From the NCBI GenBank assembly GCA_947630295.1, contig CANRGZ010000002.1, positions 3,224 to 67,223 on the forward strand: a stretch of DNA of 64,000 bases, given 5' to 3'. The notes below the pieces were generated by a model, which ran no database searches, was not told the DNA's origin, and saw nothing but the letters and a program-made list of their open reading frames with translations. The DNA is from an uncultured Lachnospiraceae bacterium (GTDB lineage Bacteria > Bacillota > Clostridia > Lachnospirales > Lachnospiraceae). The translations under genes and the position numbers were made by a program. Positions 21,465-29,877 of this stretch are shown in pieces; positions within the stretch are counted from its first letter, which is position 1, and each line of letters starts with the position of its first letter.

Positions 21465-21501
21465 AAGAGGAGGAAGGCATATTTAAATGCCTTCCGACGA
21501 C

Positions 21502-21534
21502 ACGGCAGGGGGCGCCTTAAGGTGCCCCTGCCGT
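21502..21534 (+). terminator. Strong hairpin after rsmG (putative terminator)
   Basis: 10-bp stem ACGGCAGGGG (21502-21511) / CCCCTGCCGT (21525-21534), plus inner pairs. It is followed by a T-containing tail TACCTTAATATT, and the U-run is weak. Confidence 0.45.
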
Positions 21535-21560
21535 TACCTTAATATTAGGAGGAAACCGGC

Positions 21561-22517
21561 TTGAAGATTGTTGTTTTGGATCAAAATACCCTGGGAAATG
21601 ACCTGGATTTTTCGAAGCTGCGCGCATTGGGGGATTTGACGGTACATGCGGTCTGTCCGCCGGAAGATATGCCGCGGCTGCTGGCAGACGCGGATATCAG
21701 CATTTCCAACAAACCGCGCTATGACGCCAAAAGCCTGGAGAACGCAGACCATTTGAAGCTGGTCTGTCTGACGGCCACCGGGTATGACAACTGCGATCTG
21801 GCTTGTCTGCGGCAGCGGGGCATCGCTCTCTGCAATATCGCCGGCTATTCCACCGACAGCGTGGCCCAGCATGTGTTTGCCATGCTGTTTCATTATATGG
21901 AGCGGATCCACGAATTTGAACCACTGGTACGAAACCGAAGTTATGTAAACGCGGATTTGTACGGGATGGTGGATACCCGGTTTTTTGAACTGCGTGGAAA
22001 GACCTGGGGCATTGTAGGACTGGGCCGTATCGGCCGGCGGGTGGCAGAACTGGCAGAGGCGTTCGGCTGCCGGGTTCTTTACTATTCCACTTCCGGTATC
22101 CACGAAGACGCAAACCTTTGCCGTGTTTCACTGGAAGAACTGCTGCAGTCCTCTGATATTCTTTCCATTCACGCGCCTCTGAATGAAAACACCAGAAATC
22201 TCATTACGAAAAAAGAACTGCAGAAAATGAAAGCCTCCTCCTGTCTGATCAATACAGGAAGAGGCGGAATTGTCAATGAAGCAGATCTGGCGGAAGCCAT
22301 CCGCGAAAAAGTCATCGGCGGCGCCTGCGTAGACGTGTTTGCCGAGGAACCGATCGCTGCGGACAGTCCGTATCTGACGCTGTCGGATTACCGCAATCTG
22401 ATCCTGACGCCTCATATCGCATGGAGCGCGGTGGAGTCCAGACAGCGGGCCATTGACGAATGTGCGGAAAACATCCGGGCCTTCCTGCAGGGACAGCGGC
22501 GCAACCGGATCGTCTGA
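21561..22517 (+). CDS. D-isomer-specific 2-hydroxyacid dehydrogenase family protein
   Basis: 318-aa ORF with NAD-binding GIVGLGRIGRRVA and a C-terminal NLILTPHIAW catalytic His region. The TTG start follows AGGAGG. Confidence 0.8.
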   Translation: MKIVVLDQNTLGNDLDFSKLRALGDLTVHAVCPPEDMPRLLADADISISNKPRYDAKSLENADHLKLVCLTATGYDNCDLACLRQRGIALCNIAGYSTDSVAQHVFAMLFHYMERIHEFEPLVRNRSYVNADLYGMVDTRFFELRGKTWGIVGLGRIGRRVAELAEAFGCRVLYYSTSGIHEDANLCRVSLEELLQSSDILSIHAPLNENTRNLITKKELQKMKASSCLINTGRGGIVNEADLAEAIREKVIGGACVDVFAEEPIAADSPYLTLSDYRNLILTPHIAWSAVESRQRAIDECAENIRAFLQGQRRNRIV

Positions 22518-24743
22518 TCAGGGCCATTCCATGACGCGTGCTTTCATACCCTCGATGTCCAGGATCCCGTAGGCAAAGCCTTTCCGGATCAGTTCGGGCG
22601 GTACATATTCATCATATTTTTCAAACAGCGGCACTTCCTTCGGATATACCAGCGCCATGGGATCGAAGGATTTTGCCGCTTCTTCTTTGACGATACGGAA
22701 AAAGTCTTCTTTGGAAACCCCCATTTTGAACTGAATAAAATAGGGTCTGGAGGCCTCCAGCGATGAAAGCTTCAGCCGCTCTGCGCAGCGCAGTTTTAAG
22801 AAACGCTCCAGTGCAAAAAAGGCATAAGTGCCCAGCCATGGAAACAGACACCACATGGTACCGCCCAAAGATACCAGCGGTTCGGTGGCGACGCCGGAAT
22901 GGACGGCGGTGCTGCGGCTCTGCATCAGTCTTGCCACGGCATTTTTCATCAGATACGGATAAATGGTATCCTCCTGCAGCACCTGCTTCATACGAAGCAG
23001 GATCTTTGTATGGATGTCCCCGGGACATTCTCCGAAATATGCCGGAACCTTTCCCTTGACCTGCTGGCAGTAAATCTGCCGCCGTTTATGATCGATTTCT
23101 TCAATGACCCAGACGTGGCCCGCCAGAGCAATCTTCTCTCCCACCGGCGGGGGCTTCACCGTGGTACCGATGGTCTGGGAACCGCAGCGGACGGAGTATT
23201 CTTCGCTTTCCACAAACACCCCGTAAAACTTGAAAGAGTTAATGACCCGCTCTCCTGCCAGTCCTACAATCAGGCCGCCTTCTTCGGTCTTCTGCAGCTG
23301 TCCGGTTTCAATCAGATGATTTAAAAGACAGCGATAATCCTCCTGAGAGATCCGATGAAAATACTGCAGCCCCAGCACCCTGGAAGCCAGTGCCGCAGGG
23401 GTCAGCTCGCCGCAGGAAGCCAGAGTGCTCATGGTCTGATGGTACAGCAGGCTGAAGGGCAGCCGGTCCAGCCGGGGCGGCTCCACCCAGCGTTCTTCCA
23501 GATACAGCTGCACCAGCGCTATGGCCTGCAGCAGCTTCCAGGGAACCGTGGTGGGCAGCATGGCCCGCATTTCCGGCGGATCTTCCCGGATGACAAACCA
23601 CATTTCCTGGGGCGCGCCTCTCCGGCCGGTACGGCCCATGCGCTGCAGGAAAGAGGAAACCATAAAGGGCGCGTCGATCTGAAAGGCCCGTTCCAGTTTT
23701 CCGATGTCGATGCCCAGTTCCAGTGTGGCGGTGGTGACCGTGGTCTGATACATGCCGTCGTCTTTCATAATCTCTTCCGCGGTTTCCCGGTAGGAAGCCG
23801 AAAGATTGCCGTGGTGAATCAGAAAACGGTCCGGTTCCTGGTTTGCTTCGCAGTATTGCCGCAGGGTGGTGGTCACGGCCTCGCATTCCTCTCTGGAATT
23901 GACAAAGACCAGACACTTTTTCCCCCGGGTGTGTTCAAAGATATACCCCAGGCCGGGATCCGCATGGGCGGGCGCCGGATCGGAAACTTCTTCCGGCATG
24001 GGCAGCGCGTTTTTCACTTCGTGCTCTTCCGCGCTCTGGGGCCCCTGTACATAAAAATGTTCCAGAGAAAGGCGCCAGGTGCTGCCCTTCGCTTCGATTT
24101 TCGGAATCGCGGTTTTTCTGCCGGTACCGGCAGAGAGAAAAGCGCCGGTACTTTCCAGATCGCCGATGGTGGCGGAAAGGCCGATTCTTCGGGGATTTAC
24201 CCCCGCCATGGCGGAAAGCCGCTCGATGAGGCAGAGGGTCTGGCCGCCGCGGTCGCCCCGCATCAGAGAGTGCACCTCGTCAATGACGATGAAACGCAGA
24301 TCATGAAACAGACGGACGATATCGGCGTGTTTGTGCATCAGCATGGCTTCCAGAGATTCCGGCGTGATCTGCAGGATCCCGGAAGGGTGCTTCAGCAGCC
24401 TGCTTTTGTGGGACTGGGACACGTCGCCGTGCCAGTGCCATACCGGAATCTGCGCTTCTTCACACAGCTCGTTCAGCCGCAGAAACTGGTCGTTGATCAG
24501 CGCCTTCAGAGGGCCGATGTAAAGGGCGCCCACGGAACGGGGCGGATCTTCGGAAAACAGTGTAAGAATGGGAAAAAACGCCGCTTCGGTTTTCCCGGAA
24601 GCGGTGGACGCCGAAAGCAGCAAATGATCCTCCGAGTTAAAAATCACATCGGCAGCCGCCACCTGTATGGCGCGCAGATTCTGCCATTGATTGCGGTATA
24701 TAAAGTCTTGTACAAAAGGCGCATAACGGTCAAACAGATGCAT
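22518..24743 (-). CDS. sngC: DEAD/DEAH (DEVH)-box SF2 helicase, Lhr-like; Shango SngC-like
   Basis: 741-aa ORF with motif I ASTASGKTEAAF, motif II VIDEVHSL and motif VI-like QRMGRTGRRG, plus a C-terminal extension of about 330 aa. RBS GGAGGAG is present. It is the last gene of the three-gene operon. Confidence 0.6.
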   Translation of the reverse strand: MHLFDRYAPFVQDFIYRNQWQNLRAIQVAAADVIFNSEDHLLLSASTASGKTEAAFFPILTLFSEDPPRSVGALYIGPLKALINDQFLRLNELCEEAQIPVWHWHGDVSQSHKSRLLKHPSGILQITPESLEAMLMHKHADIVRLFHDLRFIVIDEVHSLMRGDRGGQTLCLIERLSAMAGVNPRRIGLSATIGDLESTGAFLSAGTGRKTAIPKIEAKGSTWRLSLEHFYVQGPQSAEEHEVKNALPMPEEVSDPAPAHADPGLGYIFEHTRGKKCLVFVNSREECEAVTTTLRQYCEANQEPDRFLIHHGNLSASYRETAEEIMKDDGMYQTTVTTATLELGIDIGKLERAFQIDAPFMVSSFLQRMGRTGRRGAPQEMWFVIREDPPEMRAMLPTTVPWKLLQAIALVQLYLEERWVEPPRLDRLPFSLLYHQTMSTLASCGELTPAALASRVLGLQYFHRISQEDYRCLLNHLIETGQLQKTEEGGLIVGLAGERVINSFKFYGVFVESEEYSVRCGSQTIGTTVKPPPVGEKIALAGHVWVIEEIDHKRRQIYCQQVKGKVPAYFGECPGDIHTKILLRMKQVLQEDTIYPYLMKNAVARLMQSRSTAVHSGVATEPLVSLGGTMWCLFPWLGTYAFFALERFLKLRCAERLKLSSLEASRPYFIQFKMGVSKEDFFRIVKEEAAKSFDPMALVYPKEVPLFEKYDEYVPPELIRKGFAYGILDIEGMKARVMEWP

Positions 24744-24773
24744 GGCACTCCTCCGGACAGAAAGTGGTGCTGT

Positions 24774-26087
24774 TTATAAGGTAAATTCTGCAAATGCTTC
24801 CGGTACGGATGCGTCGCCGGAGGCAGCAGAAAAGGGAAAATCCGATGCATTCAGCAGTTCGGCAACGGAAAGGGACGGATTTTGCAGCAGGATATCCAAC
24901 AGTTCAATGAAATCCCGGATGATTTCTCTGGGGGTGATATTGCTGTCGGCGCCGACCCGGCCAAATTCGATTTTGATAAAGCAGATCAGCTCCTCCTGGG
25001 TGATGGTTCGTTCATAATCAAAAAGCACCGCGTGGATCTCAGACAGCTTTTCAATCAAAATCAGCATTTCTTCATAGGTCAGCGGCGCCAGACGAATCAC
25101 CGGCGCCAGAACGTCCTTGATGTTTTCCCTGCCGAATCTTCCTTCGCAGAGCCGGGAACGCAGGGCCTCATAGCTGTAAACCCCCCGTCTGGTATCTTCA
25201 ATGCACTGGGGCGTGCCGCACATGATCACCCCCAGATGCTTTGCCCGGCCCTGCAGGGTGTCATTGTAAATCGTAAGCAGTTTTTCGTAATTGTACTGCC
25301 TGGTAATGCTGTTGGGAATTTTGTAAATATTTACCAGTTCATCGATGAGAATCAGAAGTCCCTGATAGCCGGCGCGCTTCAAAAATGCGGCAAAGAGCTT
25401 GATGTATTCGTACCAGTCGTCGTCCCCGATCATAATATGGATTCCCAGCTCCGACCGGACTTCGGCCTTGGTGGCGTACTCTCCCCGAAACCATTTGATG
25501 ACCCGGGCTTTGCCCTCCTCGTCGTCGTCGATGACGGCGTGATAATAAAACTGAAGGAGCCGCGCGAAATCAAAACCGTGCACCATTTCATTGAGCTCCT
25601 GAATCACTTCGAATATTTTGCGTTCCACCAGCCCGGAAAATGCCGGGTCGGCAGGATCCAGTCCGCTTTCCATGGCGGTGCTGCTCTGTATACCGCTGAT
25701 CCAGCGGTCTAAGATCAGCGAAAGGGCCCCGCCTTCAGGTCTGGTTTTGGTGGAAAGGTTGCGGATCAGCTCCTTATAGGTGGCAAGGCCCTGTCCTTTG
25801 GTGCCCTGCAGGCGCCGTTCCGGTGAAAGATCCGCGTCTGCCACCACAAAATTGCGGGCCATGCAGTAGTTGCGGATCGTCTGCAGAAGAAAGCTTTTTC
25901 CGCTGCCGTATTTTCCCATAATGAAACGGAAGGTGGCGCCGCCTTCTGCGATGATATCCACGTCATGCAGCAGCGCTTCGATCTCCGTGCTTCGCCCCAC
26001 GGCGATGTACGGCAGTCCGATGCGCGGCACCACGCCGCCTTTCAGAGAATTGATCAGCACAGAGGCAATTCGTTTGGGTATTTTCAT
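24774..26087 (-). CDS. sngB: P-loop ATPase (DUF2791 / BrxC-BrxD-like); Shango SngB-like
   Basis: 437-aa ORF with Walker A MGKYGSGKSF and Walker B LLILIDELV. Its start codon overlaps the sngA stop (ATGA at 26084-26087). Confidence 0.6.
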   Translation of the reverse strand: MKIPKRIASVLINSLKGGVVPRIGLPYIAVGRSTEIEALLHDVDIIAEGGATFRFIMGKYGSGKSFLLQTIRNYCMARNFVVADADLSPERRLQGTKGQGLATYKELIRNLSTKTRPEGGALSLILDRWISGIQSSTAMESGLDPADPAFSGLVERKIFEVIQELNEMVHGFDFARLLQFYYHAVIDDDEEGKARVIKWFRGEYATKAEVRSELGIHIMIGDDDWYEYIKLFAAFLKRAGYQGLLILIDELVNIYKIPNSITRQYNYEKLLTIYNDTLQGRAKHLGVIMCGTPQCIEDTRRGVYSYEALRSRLCEGRFGRENIKDVLAPVIRLAPLTYEEMLILIEKLSEIHAVLFDYERTITQEELICFIKIEFGRVGADSNITPREIIRDFIELLDILLQNPSLSVAELLNASDFPFSAASGDASVPEAFAEFTL

Positions 26088-27520
26088 AACAGCAGTCCTT
26101 TCAGCTCGTCAATATAATCGTCGATCAGTACCGGCGCGTCTGCTTCAAACAGCACCGGCGTATCCTGAAACAGATCAAAGAGTTTTTCATTTACGGTATC
26201 TACTATAATGGAAAGCGGGATCGAGAGTTCCCGCAGCAGCGGCTGAAACGGTTCATTTTCCAGCAGACAGCGCAGGAAGCGGCGTTCATTTTCATTTAAA
26301 ACAGAGGCAGCGCCTTCTGCCGCAGAGGCATCGGAGACTGTACCGGCAGCAGCCGGTGCAGCGGGAAGCGGTTCGTCCTCTCCCATCTCCGCTTCCGTCA
26401 TCAGCCGGTCCCGGGTCTGCGCGGCGGCGGAACGAATGTCCGAAAGCCTGGAAAGGTCGATGTCGATACGGGGCGCCGACAGCCGCTTTTTTTCGGCAAG
26501 GAAAGCTTCGATTTCCGACCGGATCAGCCCACTGGTTTCTGTGGGAAGCGCCGGCTGTTCCAGAGGGTGCGAATCATGGCAGGCCTGCCGCAGCATGGCG
26601 TCGACGGATTTGAGAATCAGTCCCAGTTCCGTGTTTTTTTTGCGGATGGACGGATAGGTTTCAAAGGACCAGCGGCCGTTGCTGCAGTGATACTTTTGTG
26701 TGTCGCTGATCTTATATTCATAGGAAATATAATGTTTGTGGTCGTAAAAAATCGCAAAGCTGAACATTTTCCGGGGAAAGACCATCTGCGTGCCAAAGAG
26801 ATGCTGAAAATACGAGCATTTTTTGTGCGCATTATATTCCTCGCACAGACGCCGGTAAACATTGCAGCAGACGGCGGTTACATCCGAGGGGTTCGTCTTG
26901 TAAAATCTGGAATTGCACAGATTATAGGAAGAAAGGGCACACAGCGCGGCAAACAGCGTTTCCGTATCTGCGGGAACGCCGCGGGCCAGCGTGTTGAGCG
27001 CTTCTTCCAGAGAAGAAAGGGCGTCAAATTCCGGGATCAGGGACACCGGCAGATTGTTGTAGATGACATAATCCTTCATCCATGCATTCAGAAAGCTCTC
27101 TGCACGGGCGTCCAGGCCGCGGTAGGCTTTCCGGAACCGCTGCAGCGCGTCAAATCCTTCTTCCGGGGAGCTGACGCCGATTTGATTGAGCAGTTCATAG
27201 ATATAAACATAGACAAAAGAAAGAGACGTTTTCCGGATGTCGCCCCGGCGCAGTTTCGTCCGCCAGGAGAAATAGCCCCGAAGCTGCTCGTCATTCATGG
27301 CCTGATAGGTGGGATAATAACGTACAAAGGTTCCGTGAAACGCATAGTCGTCCTCATAATCGGCCATAAGCATCCCCTGTTCATAAAAAAGGCGTTCGGG
27401 GGAATGTACGGAGGCGGCCAGCGCTTTCATTTTCCGGTATGGTTCCGGAAGCGCCGGTTTTTCCGCGGGCGGAATATAGGAAGCCGGCCGCCGGATGGGT
27501 TCATCGTAATACAGCTTCAT
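26084..27520 (-). CDS. sngA: TerB-N / TerB-C domain protein; Shango SngA-like
   Basis: 478-aa ORF. Its N-terminal region (YPTYQAMNDEQLRGYFSWRTKLRRGD...SFVYVYIYELLNQ) fits the TerB-N signature as recalled. An Ala/Glu-rich linker follows, then a C-terminal LNENERRFLRCLL...IIVDTVNEKLFD region resembling TerB-C. RBS AGGAG lies 8 nt upstream. Confidence 0.6.
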   Translation of the reverse strand: MKLYYDEPIRRPASYIPPAEKPALPEPYRKMKALAASVHSPERLFYEQGMLMADYEDDYAFHGTFVRYYPTYQAMNDEQLRGYFSWRTKLRRGDIRKTSLSFVYVYIYELLNQIGVSSPEEGFDALQRFRKAYRGLDARAESFLNAWMKDYVIYNNLPVSLIPEFDALSSLEEALNTLARGVPADTETLFAALCALSSYNLCNSRFYKTNPSDVTAVCCNVYRRLCEEYNAHKKCSYFQHLFGTQMVFPRKMFSFAIFYDHKHYISYEYKISDTQKYHCSNGRWSFETYPSIRKKNTELGLILKSVDAMLRQACHDSHPLEQPALPTETSGLIRSEIEAFLAEKKRLSAPRIDIDLSRLSDIRSAAAQTRDRLMTEAEMGEDEPLPAAPAAAGTVSDASAAEGAASVLNENERRFLRCLLENEPFQPLLRELSIPLSIIVDTVNEKLFDLFQDTPVLFEADAPVLIDDYIDELKGLLL

Positions 27521-27592
27521 CGGAATCTCCTGTCAGTATACAATACCTGCGGCAGGCGAAAAACGCCTGCTGCGCAAAAAAACTATGTTCCC

Positions 27593-27621
27593 ATTATAGC
27601 AATGATGGATGTGAAATTCAA
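27593..27621 (-). promoter_or_regulatory. Sigma-A type promoter of the TerB-ATPase-helicase operon
   Basis: Minus strand reads TTGAAT (27616-27621), a 17-nt spacer, then TATAAT (27593-27598). It gives a 5' UTR of about 70 nt containing a GC-rich hairpin (GCAGGCG-TTTTT-CGCCTGC, about 27550-27570). Confidence 0.6.
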
Positions 27622-27638
27622 TAGACAGCCTGTAATTT

Positions 27639-27656
27639 TTCGAACATATGTGCGAA
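27639..27656. promoter_or_regulatory. 18-bp near-perfect palindrome just upstream of the -35 (possible operator)
   Basis: TTCGAACATATGTGCGAA, with 16 of 18 positions self-complementary. It lies 18 nt upstream of the -35 hexamer and 5 nt after the J-domain gene stop. Confidence 0.35.
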
Positions 27657-27660
27657 CAGA

Positions 27661-28383
27661 TCAGCAGAACCGGCAGAAACTGCAGAGCAGCTGGCCGAAG
27701 CAAAGTCCCATGCAGAGTTTGCGCATGTCCATGACTTCCATATTAAAACCTCTGCCGTTTTCCTGATAGGCGCCGGAAGACCGGGTCATCTGATTTAAAA
27801 TCTGACGGTACAGCGGATTTTGCGGATCCATGGACGCAGCCTGATTCATATACTGGGTGGCCTGAATCAGATTGCCGGTGCCGTAATTGGAGATGCCCAT
27901 TAAATAATACCAACGGGCGCCGCGGCTGGCCTCCGGTATATTGATCAGAATATTGATGGCCGAACGATAATCGCTGCTGCGGATAGACATAACTGCGCTT
28001 TTTACGGCGGGACTGTCGCCGGAAAGGATTTCAGGCATGGGAATACTGCCGGCGAAACCGAAACCAAACAGATCGTCAAAGGAGAAACCACCGTAAGGGC
28101 CGTTCGAACCGCCATAGCCGCCATAACCGGAACCGCCGCTGCCGTAAGTGCTGCCGCCACTGCTGCCATAGCCGCCGCCAAAGGATTGTGCGCGGCGGTA
28201 TTTTTCGGGGTTCATCAGCATGTCATAGGCTTCATTGATTTCATTCATTTTATCTCCGGCATCCGGGTCGTCCGGATGCAGATCCGGATGGTATAGTTTG
28301 GCCTTTTGCCGGTATGCTTTTTTAATCTCCTCTTTGCTGGCATTTCTGGAAACGCCGAGGATTTTGTAAGGATCATCGATCAT
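27661..28383 (-). CDS. J-domain (DnaJ-like) protein with Gly/Ser/Tyr-rich linker, TPR-like region and Cys-rich hydrophobic tail
   Basis: Start at ATG 28383 ([34 protein letters not shown], with the HPD motif). It has a [24 protein letters not shown] linker and C-terminal [18 protein letters not shown]. The longer ORF-track N-terminus overlaps the upstream gene. Confidence 0.8.
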   Translation of the reverse strand: MIDDPYKILGVSRNASKEEIKKAYRQKAKLYHPDLHPDDPDAGDKMNEINEAYDMLMNPEKYRRAQSFGGGYGSSGGSTYGSGGSGYGGYGGSNGPYGGFSFDDLFGFGFAGSIPMPEILSGDSPAVKSAVMSIRSSDYRSAINILINIPEASRGARWYYLMGISNYGTGNLIQATQYMNQAASMDPQNPLYRQILNQMTRSSGAYQENGRGFNMEVMDMRKLCMGLCFGQLLCSFCRFC

Positions 28384-29188
28384 ATTTTTCCCTTTCCCGG
28401 TTATAACGGAGCCATATACCGGAATAAAAGATATTTCGCAGAAGATGGACGTCGGAAACCAGCGGCAGCCGCTCAAAGGCTTCGGAGGCGCCGCCCAGCA
28501 GCTGCATCAGCAGCGGTTTCATGGCTGCCGGATCGGCGGACAGTGCGCGTAAGGGATTGTAGGCGCCCTTCTTTTTGTCTTTTTCGTAATCGGCCGCCGC
28601 GTCCGCCAGATAGATAAACTGTCCCAGGCCGAATCCCAGTTGGTACAGATCCGGTTCCCAGCGGTCTTTCCGGACGATAAACAGCGCCGCCATCAGCCGC
28701 CCGAAGGAGGCCGCCGCCGCATCGGCGTCAGGGATATTTTCCTTTTCAATGGCCGACAGTGTTTCCAGTTCCCTTTCAATGGCCTGTATGGCCCGGGGCT
28801 GCCGCAGACGGATCTTTTCGTAGGCGTTTTCCAGCGCCTTCACATAGAGGCGGCGATCCGCCCGGCGTTCATCTTTCCAGTCGTCCATACATTTGTGATA
28901 GACCAGCGCAACGTTGATATCTGCCGCATATTCGGTGAAACAGTTGGAATCCGCCGGGTGATGTTTCATGGGATGGACGACGCAGCGAAGGTCGGTATGA
29001 TCCTCCGGCGGTTCATACAGCGATGAAAGCAGGAGGATCAGAAAGGTCAGATCGTAGGTGAGGCTGAGTCTGGCCGCCCTGCCGCAGCGCTTCTGCAGCA
29101 TACGGCAGAGACCGCAGTAAACGGCGCGGTAGCGGAGGCGCTCTTCCTCCGTCAGATCATTGATATTTGCCTGTATATATCCGAACAT
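28373..29188 (-). CDS. Uncharacterised protein, DUF5685-like (recall), translationally coupled to the J-domain gene
   Basis: Start at ATG 29188 ([31 protein letters not shown]). Its stop overlaps the J-domain gene start by 11 nt. The family name is from memory of clostridial annotations and is unverified. Confidence 0.6.
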   Translation of the reverse strand: MFGYIQANINDLTEEERLRYRAVYCGLCRMLQKRCGRAARLSLTYDLTFLILLLSSLYEPPEDHTDLRCVVHPMKHHPADSNCFTEYAADINVALVYHKCMDDWKDERRADRRLYVKALENAYEKIRLRQPRAIQAIERELETLSAIEKENIPDADAAAASFGRLMAALFIVRKDRWEPDLYQLGFGLGQFIYLADAAADYEKDKKKGAYNPLRALSADPAAMKPLLMQLLGGASEAFERLPLVSDVHLLRNIFYSGIWLRYNREREKYDR

Positions 29189-29289
29189 AATGGATCCTCT
29201 ATTATAATGTAGCGGCACGCGCGCTTGGGAAGCGCACCTGCCAAGTCGTCGGAAGGCATTCCAGTTATGCTTCGCATAAGCCTTCTTCC

Positions 29290-29706
29290 TCAGGTATTGC
29301 GGATGGTTTTATTGCCGCATTTGGGGCAGCTGACTTCGATCCTGCCCTTTCCTTTCGGCACGCGGATCATGGTTTTGCAGCTGCTGCATTTGAAATAGGT
29401 ATGGGTTTTGCGCTCTGCCCACATGCGCTTGCGCAGAGAGAAAAATTTTTTGCACCTGTATTTTGCACTTCGGTAGCGCTCCAGCTCCTGATTCCGTTTC
29501 GCAAGATTCTTGGAATAAATGCGAAAACAGGAATAAAAAAGCAGAAAAATCGCAATCAAATAAAAAAACCGTAATACGCGGATACGGGAAAGCAGCATCA
29601 GCGCAAGGGAAGCCAGCGCCAGAAACAGGGAAAATTCATCGTTTCCGTGCCTGCCATACATGAATTTTTGAAACCGGTAAGCCAGCCTTTGCAGAAAATT
29701 TCTCAT
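29290..29706 (-). CDS. Small membrane protein with C-terminal zinc ribbon
   Basis: 138-aa ORF with two hydrophobic segments (FSLFLALASLALMLL, FFYLIAIFLLFYSCF). The C-terminus has CSSC-x17-CPKC. Confidence 0.6.
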   Translation of the reverse strand: MRNFLQRLAYRFQKFMYGRHGNDEFSLFLALASLALMLLSRIRVLRFFYLIAIFLLFYSCFRIYSKNLAKRNQELERYRSAKYRCKKFFSLRKRMWAERKTHTYFKCSSCKTMIRVPKGKGRIEVSCPKCGNKTIRNT

Positions 29707-29829
29707 AAAGCTTCCTCCAAATCAGGGAACAGTATAAAATGATTTGTGCGTCAAAAGGGATTACGGATTGTTACGCTGCTTCGCAGCTTTTGACGCTGTG
29801 ATCATAAAATAAATATTTGAAAAAACTGT

Positions 29830-29859
29830 TAAAAATACCTGCCTGTATCATCAGGCAGG
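29830..29859 (-). terminator. Rho-independent terminator after the alpha/beta hydrolase gene
   Basis: Stem CCTGCCTG (29838-29845) / CAGGCAGG (29852-29859) with a 6-nt loop. It is followed in minus sense by TATTTTTAACAGTTTTTT. Confidence 0.6.
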
Positions 29860-29877
29860 CATGAAAAAGGACAAAAG

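Noticed and set aside
23355-24779. 474-aa ORF antisense to the helicase gene (and similar ones at 24882-25712 and 26567-27766)
   Set aside because: These are shadow ORFs within the high-GC Shango-like operon. The opposite-strand products carry clear Walker and helicase motifs, and these ORFs carry none.
29189-29289. tRNA-like, tRNA-Sec-like or SRP-RNA-like element in the structured spacer
   Set aside because: Neither strand has a GTTCGAATC-type T-loop, an acceptor/anticodon geometry, or an SRP domain IV consensus (GGAAGCAGCC).
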